From Azolla caroliniana (lineage: Eukaryota; Plantae; Polypodiophyta), in NCBI GenBank assembly GCA_043228905.1, contig JBHGNT010000792.1:1-15585 (forward strand): a DNA stretch of 15,585 nucleotides. Reading direction: 5' to 3'. The position numbers and the translations under genes were made by a program. The notes beneath the pieces were generated by a model. That model worked only from the letters and a program-made list of their open reading frames with translations, was not told where the DNA came from and made no database searches. This document shows positions 1 through 9,018 of this stretch, piece by piece (the stretch's first letter is position 1; each line of letters begins with the position of its first letter).

Positions 1-126
1 GATGACCTCATTATAAGATGATACGTGGTAGAGCATATACATAAGGAAAATGGCATATTGGAAGAAAAGTTCAAGGTAAAGGAACTTGGAGAACTTCATT
101 AATGCTTAGCCATCAAGATAATAATC
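1..126 (+). pseudogene. Decayed Ty1/copia reverse transcriptase fragment (truncated by window edge)
   Basis: Frame +1 reads DDLIIR*YVVEHIHKENGILEEKFKVKELGELH*CLAIKIII. This is colinear with the copia RT segment after the YxDD motif, as in element A (YVDGLVIGGEHLVEINKVKSLLSNKFEMTDMKELHYFLNIEVI). It has two in-frame stops. Confidence 0.7.
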
Positions 127-714
127 TGCACAGACCATAGCATAATAATCTTTTAATGTAGTCAAGTTGTGTAATCCTCCCGCCAACCAATTTGACCTCA
201 TAGAGAAAATATAAATATCAATTAAGACACCATTACAACCCCCTCGTTATAACATCCATCTTGTAGGAATGTCATCAACAAAACTACTAGATTTTGTTTT
301 TTTATATTTGCATTTGTTATTTTCAAACTAATGTCCTACATGTTGGCCATCCATCAGACTTTTATAAATAGACCATTTATAAGGAAATGTTGTAATGGAA
401 CCATTTTATTACAAGTTGAATCTTTAGCATTTTGAATTAGTTGTTCCATATAGTATAACGATATACTTTAAATAAGATCATTAAGGTAAGACTGTAAGGA
501 CAATGAAAGTGATGGAGACAGGATCTCACCTCCATCACCAAAATCTACCTTAAGCATTGGGTAACACCCCATGGATGATTTTGGAGAAGATTAATAACTA
601 TTAGCATTTTGTTGTCTAGATCCTTATCGACTCCTCCCCCTATGGTTTAATTAGGTGATGAATTATACCAATTATGTTATTGTTAGTAATTAATTAACAG
701 AGGTTTGGGCGTCG

Positions 715-1704
715 AGTGTATGATTAATCTGACCAGTTTCCTAAAGATTGTTTTTCACTAGAATTCACATGTACATGAGTGGAACTACTAGGGTTATTCG
801 CCAAGAACTGGATTAAGACGTAATGAGCTACTAGAATTACGATTAAATGAAGTTTTGATGCACAACTGTGCAACGAACACAATATCTTAGATTTTTGATG
901 TAGAAGATAAAGAATTAGTTGATTGTAAGATCAATAGTAACGATCGAAAGAAAAGATAGAATACTAGTGTATGACTAATCCAACCGGTTTCGTAAAGATT
1001 GTTTCCCACTAGAAGTCACATGTTTGTGAGTGGAACTGCTAGGGTTATTCACCAAGAACTAGACTAAGACATAATGAGAAAGTAGTAGAATTAAGATTTA
1101 ATGAAGTTTAGAGGCACAACTGTGCAATGAACACAATATCTTAGATTTTTGAAGTAGAAGATAAAGAATTAGTTGATTGTTAGATCAATAGTCACGAGTG
1201 TATGACTAATCCAACCAGTTTCGTAAAGATTGTTTTCCACTAGAAGTCACATGTTCGTGAGTGGAACTGCTAGGGTTATTCACCAAGAATTAGATTAAGA
1301 CATAATGAGAAAGTAGTAGAATTAAGATTTAATGAAATTTTGTGGCACAACTGCGCAACCAACACAATATCTTAGATTTTTGAAGTAGAAGATAAAGAAT
1401 TAGTTGATTGTTAGATCAATAATAAAGATTGAAGGGAAAGATAGAATACTAATGTAAGACTAATCCAACTGGTTTCATAAAAATTGTTTTCCACTAGAAG
1501 TCACATGTTTGTGAGTGGAACTGCTAGGGTTATTCACCAAGAATTGGATTAAGACGTAATGAGAAAGTAGTAGAATTAAGATTTAATGAAGTTTTGAGGC
1601 ACAACTGTGCAACGAACACAACATCTTAGATTTTTGAAGTAGAATATAAAGAATAAGTTGATTGTAAGATCAATAGTAACAATTGAAGGGAAAGAAAGAA
1701 TACT
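715..1704. repeat. Tandem array, 4 copies of a ~250-bp unit
   Basis: Units start with AGTGTATGA(T/C)TAATC-like sequence at 715, 966, 1197 and 1451 (lengths 251, 231, 254, 254). Shared blocks include GAGTGGAACT(A/G)CTAGGGTTATTC and GCACAACTG..AACACAA(T/C)ATCTTAGATTTTTGA. Copy 2 lacks the ~22-bp tail. Confidence 0.93.
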
Positions 1705-2642
1705 ATGATTGATTGTAGGATAAAAAAGGAATAGAAGTAGATTGATTATAGGATCAATTAAAAGAATCTTGATTATAAATTTCTAGAGCCTAATAAAATG
1801 ATAAAGTCCCCCCATGGTGTTAAATATCCCTATTCATATATTTTGTTAATTGCTTTAGTTAGGTCGAGCATGCTTTTTCTTTTATTAGCTCTGACGTTAT
1901 TTTAAAAGAAGATAATGTGTTACACTATTACCCTTGTGGCACCTTTAGTGTGAATACATTAATATTTTACGATCTTACACAATTGTGTGATGTACATATG
2001 TGCACATTTGTTGCCTCAACTTATCTTCTTTACGCGACATCCATTCGTTCACGGCCATAACACTTTAGTATTGGTGGTACAATATGTGGGGAAAACCACA
2101 CAATGCTAGTGGGTTTAGTCATGTCCAACTTGTATTGATGCCATGTTCAGGCTTAACTTTGAACCTGTGTGTCCCTCATGTGATCTTCAAAACATGGGGC
2201 ACCTTCTACCTTAATGAATTTGTGGTCAACCCTCTCAACTGAGTAGTTGAGTCGAGAAAGTGTTGCCCAATAAACAACCAAATGTGTTTGATTGCCTATT
2301 GGAATAGATTCTTGTGGCCAAAATCTTCCACTACACCCCACAATAACAAGTAGTCATGTATAATATTGAAGGTAAAGGATGATGTGATTATTTGACTCTT
2401 AAGTACGCTAGGAACAAAATTCTCTTATTATTAACCATGGTAAAGTTATAATCACAAAGAAGATAAGCAAGTTTACAACTTCAATTTCCCTTTGCATGCA
2501 TTTTCTTCTAGCAATAAGTTTCATAGATTGGGGCAATTGATATTCACGAAGGTGAGATCCCCCTTTCAACATTAGTAGTTCTTAAAACATTCCAACGCTA
2601 AAGGTATCTCACATGTAATAAGCACTTCTCATTTGACTATTT

Positions 2643-3060
2643 TACATTCATAAAAGATTACACTATCGTGTTGTGGTAAAGCTTATGGGTCTATAACCGT
2701 CAAATTGTGAATTCAAATTCAAATTAATAGATCGAAATTGTGAATTAAAATCAGGTTGATAGATCTAGTGTCACATTCTTCATGTTTCTACTTTGGGATC
2801 ATAGATCATACATTCATAATAGATTACACTATCGTGTTGTGGTAAAGCTTATGGGTCTATAACCGTCAAATTGTGAATTCAAATTCAAATTAATAGATTG
2901 AAATTGTGAATTAAAATCAGGTTGATAGATCTAGTGTCACATTCTTCATGTTTCTACTTTGGGATCATAGATCATACATTCATAATAGATTACACTATCG
3001 TGCTATGGTAAAGCTTATGGGTCTATAATCGTCAAATTGTGAATTACAATTCAAATTAAT
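2643..3060. repeat. Tandem array, ~2.5 copies of a 166-bp unit
   Basis: AGATTACACTATCGTG recurs at 2655, 2821 and 2987 (period exactly 166). Copies 1 and 2 are nearly identical. There is an internal sub-repeat AAATTGTGAATT(C/A)AAAT. Confidence 0.95.
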
Positions 3061-4712
3061 GACAATGTGCCTAATTTAATACCAATTCATTTGCCTCAAG
3101 GAATAGAATATATATCATAACATCTTGTTTGTTGGGTCACAAAATTTGTCTAGCTTGATAGACTACGAATCAAGCTACATATATTTTCTATTATTATCAT
3201 TCTAATTGACTATGCTAACTCAAAAGTGATTAAGATTCCTCTTTGAAATTGTTGTGAGGTGAAAGGGTGAGCATCTTTAATGACAATAATGGCTTCCAAT
3301 ATTCACAACAACAAAAAGAAACCAAACTTGAACATTTAGTATGCATCAAAAGGAACTCTTGAACCACCTATTGTGCAAAACGGAAGCTAATGCATATAGG
3401 TAGGTAGGTATCTACTACATTTACATACTAGTAATACAAGTCAATAAATGCTAACATGATATATATATTAGTTGATATATTGAGTGGTCATCAACCCTAG
3501 TATGTTATGGTTCATTTACCCTAAATTGTTATGTAACCAAATCCTAGTTAAAAATGGGTTTCTATGCACCTACAACCCCATCTATAGTGTGAGTCATATT
3601 CATTTGAAAACCAAATACCAATTCCATTCCACAAGAGAACATTAAGGTATTCAAAGAATGGTCATATAGCCAAAATGTTGTAAGAATATGCATGTACTTG
3701 TACAATGTACGTGGAAATTCCACCTACATAATATTTACTACATTAAAATGTCAAGTCAAACATTATGTGGGGCTATTCAAAATTACAAAATCAAGTTGAA
3801 TATTAATGTACAATTTGCAAGCATGCGAGAGATAATTACAACATGTTTAAATACTTTAGCTTCAAAATGGTAATCCCTACATTACCACCAAAAATATAAA
3901 TGACAAACACTAGATTTGCAAGATTCGTATTGTAATCATAATAATTAAGAACTAATTGAACTTGTGAAATGCCTAGTTTGATTCAATTTTCCGTTTTAGA
4001 GTTGACAAAGTATTCTTTCCTTGTATTCGTACGTGTGCTAACATCTTCTTCTAAGTTTATTAGTATATATTCACATAATGTTTCTACTTTGCACACTTGT
4101 ATTTATTACCAATACCATTGACACCTAATGTAACCTACATCTAATGTAACAAGCTTGATCTCATCCCTTTATTCGTGAGGATTGGCATTATAACAATTAA
4201 ACTAGACACTTTCAAATGGATCCATAAGCATTACAACTCTGTGCAACAATCTAGACACAATGATTAAAGGTATCCTTGTCCTATAATTTGACATGCTATG
4301 TTTGCAAAGTTCCATTATTAAATACACTTTTTAATATTCAACATCTTAAAAATATCGTGGACATTAATGCTAATACATATTACACTGAATTACATGATAG
4401 TGACCACAGTTGCAAAAATGAGTCTGAATCTAGAACGTCTTATAAAGCACACATTTTCATGGTGAAGGACGAACTTTGCTATTAGTTATAAAACCCTCAT
4501 CATACATCTTTTAGATTAGAAGTTATGGTCACGCATAACAATCAACAACGGTTTGGTTTGAATAGAAGCAAACCGTGAAACGACGACTTAGCGATTTAAA
4601 TGGTTCGGTTTGGTTTAGGGTTTAGGGTTTTTTTAATGGTTCAGTTTGGTTTGGGGGATGAACATTCGGTTCGATTCGGTTTCAACGGTTAGAAACTATG
4701 GTTTAAACGGCT

Positions 4713-4936
4713 TGTTCAGAATTAATCTCAACTTCCCTAGTGTTGACATCCCACCTCATTGTATTATAAACTAAGTGTCATAGAAGTTAAGTCTCCACCT
4801 CTTTTCCAAGTGGTGGTTGTAGTGAGAGAACATAGAGAGAAGGTGACTACATAAGCACCCTCTCCTTCTCTTTGTAATTGTTGGTTCATCTTGCTCCTTG
4901 TGAATACAATTTTTTCTTGTTTTCTATATACGTTGT

Positions 4937-4987
<51 letters not shown>

Positions 4988-5027
4988 AATCACTTCTGTT
5001 GCACAGAATCACGCCTGATTCTTTACA
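4713..5027 (+). mobile_element. Solo LTR (315 bp) of a copia family related to element A
   Basis: Starts TGTTCAGAATTAATCTCAAC (A: TGTTGAGAATCAAGCTCAAC) and ends ATTCTTTACA as in A. It shares the GGTGACTA(C/T)ATAA..GCACCCTC core and a (TC)n(AC)n tract. It is flanked by a 5-bp TSD CGGCT (4708-4712) / TGGCT (5028-5032) with one C>T change. No PBS follows it. Confidence 0.85.
4939..4986. repeat. Compound microsatellite (TC)16(AC)8 inside the solo LTR
   Basis: Directly visible. Shorter homologous tracts occur in both LTRs of element A. Confidence 0.95.
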
Positions 5028-5389
5028 TGGCTTAATTGGTTTTTAAAATTTTTTGTTTTAAATTAATTTTTTTTTAAAACAATCTTTTCATTTTGAAGCC
5101 TAATTCTCACATTTTGGGAAAATCTTTAAAATTTTGAAAAATTAAAAATTAAAAAAATGAAAATTTTAAAAAGTTTAAAATTTAAATTTGATCGTAGTTG
5201 AAAACCAAAACCAAACCACAAAACCGTGGATTTAACGGTTTGGATTTTTTTAACGATTGGGTTTGAGCATATTCCGTTCAAATAGTTTCATGGTTCGATT
5301 CGGTTCAGGTTTGAAAAATTTTAATCGGTTAAGTTTCAAACACGTTTGGTTTTGACACTCTCAAACCAAACCGTTGCGATTGTTAGTCA

Positions 5390-6091
5390 TGCAAGTTTCG
5401 ATGGGAAATGGACCACAAGTAGACAAGATAAATCGACAGAAGATACACAACTCAAGAAACAGAAAACAACAAATAGACGAGAGTACTATGCACAGTACAC
5501 GAAATACACAAGTTTTATCGTGGAAACCCTAAACCAAGGGAAAACCACGGGAGAACAGATCTTCACTATAATAGTGGGTGTACAAGAGAAGGAAAACATA
5601 TTACAACCTTTGCACAACAGAGTATTCCCCTTAGGGTTCAGACAAGAAGTACCTCTCTGTCTATGTTTGCACGCTCTCTCTCTCTCTCTCTCTCACGTCA
5701 CTCTTCTTCTCTCTAGCTTTTCTACACTATAGAAGCTCTATTCTACACTATTATGTTCTACACCGCATATAAGTTTTCCCTAGGTGTATTTATACTTATA
5801 CACAATGTGGGCTATGTGCAGATGTAGCCTCTACTACTATTATTCCTGTTATAATTATAGTAATAACAGTAACAGTTAATCAGCAGACTAATCAGATAGA
5901 CTAGTTGACTCCTATGTCGACTATCTAGTCAACCTGGCCAACCCGTCTTATCTTCGACTTGGATCATCTATTGTAGACCCTCCATGTCATCGACTTTCGG
6001 CTCTTCCTAAAAGAGGGACATATTCCTAACAAACTCCCCAATCACTTATGTGGGAGGGAGTCAGCTAGTCCTATCTTTTGTCGACAGATTC
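5390..6091 (-). mobile_element. 3' end of a minus-strand LTR retrotransposon (element 0, probably copia): 3' LTR ~5390-6031, PPT and a short piece of 3' UTR
   Basis: On the minus strand ATTGGGGAGTT (6042-6032) directly precedes TGTTAGGAATATG (from 6031), a PPT-LTR junction. There is a minus-strand TATAAATA at 5794-5787. The CGTGGAAACCC..GGGAAAACCACG motif (~5519-5549) is typical of LTR U5 regions read in reverse. The left boundary is uncertain (5381-5399). The element is cut at 6091 by element A. Confidence 0.7.
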
Positions 6092-6483
6092 TGTTGAGAA
6101 TCAAGCTGAACTTGGTCTAGTGTGTGAACTCACCTTGAGAGTGAATAGACACTCCAACGGTCAAGAGTTAGCATTATGTCACCTCTTTGTATTCTAGCAT
6201 TTAGTATGAGTCATAGAATCATATTCTATGACACATAACTTATGAGCTTTCACATTCCCCATGCTCCATGAGTCTTGTAGTTAATGAAGACAGAGGGTGA
6301 CTATATAAAGCACCCTCCTCCCACCTTGTATATGTTGAGTCTTTCTCCTTTGTTAATATACTTTACCTTGCGTATTCTCTGTGTTTTACTCCTTGGTCTC
6401 TCTCACTCACTCTCTCTCTCTCTCATACACACACATAACTCACATCTCTTCCGCTTCACAATAATCATATCCAATTCTTTACA
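6092..6483 (+). repeat. 5' LTR of element A (392 bp)
   Basis: TG...CA termini, about 97% identical by eye to 11803-12142, and immediately followed by the PBS. Confidence 0.96.
6302..6309 (+). promoter_or_regulatory. Putative LTR TATA box (TATATAAA); copy at 12013-12020
   Basis: Canonical motif mid-LTR, upstream of a pyrimidine-rich tract, present in both LTRs. Confidence 0.6.
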
Positions 6484-6495
6484 TGGTATCAGAGC
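6484..6495 (+). promoter_or_regulatory. Primer binding site of element A (tRNA-iMet)
   Basis: TGGTATCAGAGC abuts the LTR CA end. This is the standard plant initiator-Met tRNA PBS. Confidence 0.95.
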
Positions 6496-6617
6496 GGTTT
6501 GGTAGCTCCATCTAGCCCATCTGCGCCAACGTTCAAGAAGAACCGGCTCATCGCTAGCATAGCTTCGCTACATAACTCGCATTCGAAGAGAGAAGAAGAA
6601 GAAGAAGAATCGACATA

Positions 6618-8289
6618 ATGAATACTCAAATGAGGAGCACTCTCCCTACCGAGAAGTTGGATCGAAACAACTTCGCATCTTGGGAGTATAAGATGCACCA
6701 ATACCTTGTCGGACAAGGCTATTAGAGCTACATCAAAGGAGAGCACGAAGACTGACCCGCCGAAGCGGCTCCCGGATACGCGACATGGGAGCCAGCCGCA
6801 AGCCGCATGATGTATTGCTTGGCGACATGTGTTCAGATCACATGCTCGTCTACATTTGCAAAGCCAAGACGCCGAAGGAGGCATGGGAAAATCTACGAAA
6901 GATTTTCGAGGCGAACACAACCGCAAGAAGGCTTCAACTCCGCCAAGAGTTGAACAACATTCAACAAAGGGACATGTCCATCACGACATACACCTCGAAG
7001 ATCAAGGAGCTTTGCGATTCGCTTGGCTCGATAAGCATAAATATCGATGATGATGAGATGGTGCAAATATCCCTCAACGGCCTCGCACCACGGTTCGGCG
7101 TGATGCGAACCGCCATTCTAGCACGGGAGAAATCTCCCTCCTTCTTCGAGCTCCAATCAATGCTATTGGTTGAAGAAACCATGTGCGTACAAGGAGCAAT
7201 GAGTCGGAAGGCCACATGCTCTACACGCACTCAAATGGAGGAAGAGGACGCGGACGAGTGAGAGACCGATTCGACCAAGGACAAGGCGGATGAGGTCCGA
7301 CCTATGACAACAACTCCCAATTTCGGCCGCAAAACGGAAGCCAAAGAGGAACCTTCGCAAGAAGGGGGAGCTTCCACTCTGGCCCGAGCCGTCAAAACAC
7401 AACCAAATGCGGACATTGCGGAAAGTTCGGCCACCACGAAGAAGAGTGCCGAAAGAAGATGCGCGAATCGGCTTCCACAAGCCGACAACTCACGAATTAC
7501 ACGCACAATTCCGACTATGAAGAGTATAGCGGAATGTACGCACACAACTCCGACCGTGGCGGAATGTTCATAATGGAAACATAGAGAAAACTCTATGTCA
7601 GCCTCTACCTCAACTAGTGCCCTCAATCCGGAGGACGTATGGTTTGTTGACTCCGGAGCCTCAAACCATATGACATCTCTTAAAGAATGGTTTCTTGAAC
7701 TTCGAGAGCCGGAATGACCCGGTTATGTCGAAACTGGAGATGACACTACGCACTCGATTCGGCACATCGACAATGTTCCGTTCGACGAAAGAGGTAAGCA
7801 AACATACATTAAAAATTTCTTGCAAGTTCCCACCATCACGAAGAATTTGGTCTTAGTCAGCCAAATGGTTGAGCAAGGGATGCAAGTCCGATTCGACCAA
7901 GAAGGGTGCTTCATCGAAAAAGAGGGCTGAATCATCGCACACGGAAGAAGAGAGGGCCAAATGTTCATTCTCGATTCACAAGAGATGAAATCCACCATGT
8001 TCGCAAGAAGCATGAAAGTCGACTCCGACATAGAGCTATGTCACAAGAGAATCGGCCACATCAATCTCAACAAACTCAAACCAATGAAATCGAAAGGAGT
8101 TGTCATCGGACTCCCGACATTCCAAGAGAAGGAGATTGAAGGTGTATGCGAAGCGTGCCAATTCGGCAAGCAACACCGACACCCATTCCCGAAAGAGCGG
8201 AACGTGATCAAAGGTTTACTCGACGTAGTCCATTCCGACGTATGGGGACCGACGCAGACGGGCACATTCGGCGGATGCCGATATTACGT
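6618..8289 (+). pseudogene. Element A gag-pol, 5' part: Gag, zinc knuckle, aspartic protease, GAG-pre-integrase, start of integrase core
   Basis: ATG at 6618 (MNTQMRSTLPTEKLDRNNFASWEYKM). CCHC knuckle CGHCGKFGHHEEEC at 7408-7449. Protease WFVDSGASNHM at 7640-7672. HKRIGH..CEACQFGK, then VHSDVWGP (Asp at 8237). Stops at 6723, 6753, 7715 and 7928, plus frameshifts. Confidence 0.95.
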
Positions 8290-9018
8290 TGTCGTGCCTT
8301 TCGGCTCCGGATCGTTTGCGTGAGTCGAGTGGGAACCACTGGGGTTTTGGACTAGGAAGAGGAGAGTTTTAAGGCTAATAAGAATATAAATATGTTGTAA
8401 GAAAGAGTTATAGCAAACTCGTGAATCCCACGAGTGTATTGTATTAGATTAATCAATATGAATATAAGAATATAAACTTCGGTTGAAAGAGAATGATATA
8501 GAATTCTCGTGAATCCCACGAGTATAGTTTATTAATTGGTGTTTTTTAGAAACATATCCAGTTTCCAAATATTTTTCACACACAATTACATTGTGCTCCC
8601 CATCCTTATGTAGTGATGAGGAAGTCTTAGTAATCCATGCTTTTTCTCTAACTATAGACCCCATGCTTTTCCTATAGATAGACTATATGCTTTATCTAAA
8701 GTGATCATGCTTTTTTCTAACTTGTGCGTTTTTTATCATGCACGCTAGATGTGTATGTGTAGCTTTTTCTTTTGTTATGCGTTTTTCTAATGTTTATCCT
8801 AGCGTGAATTTACCTTTCTATGTGGGACATCTATGCTTTAACACTAATGAAATGCTAGTGTAATGGTAAGACATTACATTATTAACATGGAGGTGCAAGG
8901 TTCGAATCTTGCCCTATGCATGTTCCATTTATTTTGCTATTTTCTTCTATTTCTTCATTTTTTATTGAATCTAATACTATATACGTTTTTCACGTAGTGT
9001 ACAAAATACACTACGACA
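8290..9018. mobile_element. 729-bp non-coding insertion, probable solo LTR of an unrelated (likely Ty3/gypsy) family
   Basis: Terminal inverted repeat TGTCGT...ACGACA and a 4-bp TSD ACGT (8286-8289 / 9019-9022). Removing it restores integrase GGCRYYV-LFIDN, matching the uninterrupted GGSRYFVSFIDD in element B. It is AT-rich and shows no similarity to the copia LTRs here. Confidence 0.85.
8849..8920 (+). other. Degenerate tRNA-like segment with Pol III A-box and B-box (not a functional tRNA)
   Basis: A-box TAGTGTAATGG (8856-8866) and B-box GGTTCGAATC (8899-8908) within the stem GCAAG..CTTGC. The T8-to-G53 distance of 44 nt is tRNA-like. The acceptor and anticodon stems do not pair. Confidence 0.55.

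Larger units (their letters stand above)
4536..5385. mobile_element. Non-autonomous TIR DNA transposon / MITE-like element (possibly hAT-related), interrupted by a solo LTR
   Basis: Perfect 16-bp inverted repeat CAACGGTTTGGTTTGA (4546-4561) / TCAAACCAAACCGTTG (5361-5376), extended outward by TAACAATC (4536-4543) / GATTGTTA (5378-5385). There are many subterminal AAACCG/CGGTT/GGTTCGATTCGGTT motifs, an AT-rich core and no coding capacity. Exact ends and TSD are not resolved. Confidence 0.7.

Noticed and set aside
1990-2345. Possible decayed coding sequence on the minus strand (62-aa ORF 2153-2341 and adjacent frame)
   Set aside because: I recognise no family motif and stops intervene. A tBLASTx/HMM search would be needed to assign it.
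715-3060. CRISPR-like arrays
   Set aside because: The units are long contiguous tandem copies without unique spacers, the context is eukaryotic, and there are no cas genes.
3240-4500. Short ORFs (3688-3873, 4276-4485) or host exon remnants
   Set aside because: AT-rich, with no recognisable domain or convincing splice structure. Left unannotated.
4612-4630. Telomere or interstitial telomeric array
   Set aside because: Only about 2.5 TTTAGGG units, within a GGTTT-rich TE subterminus.
5028-5040. TGG after the solo LTR as a primer binding site
   Set aside because: It continues TGGCTTAATT, not TGGTATCAGAGC. TGGCT is better explained as the TSD partner of CGGCT.
5346-5732. 128-aa ORF
   Set aside because: It spans a TIR and the reverse strand of an LTR, including a microsatellite, so it is probably spurious.
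6284-6505. ORF MKTEGDYIKHPPP... repeated at 11995-12180, resembling a duplicated small hydrophobic gene
   Set aside because: Both copies lie inside the two LTRs and read through the TATA box and the TC microsatellite. The duplication is simply the LTR pair.
8849-8920. Bona fide tRNA gene
   Set aside because: The acceptor and anticodon stems do not pair and the T loop is non-canonical. It is kept only as a tRNA-like promoter relic.
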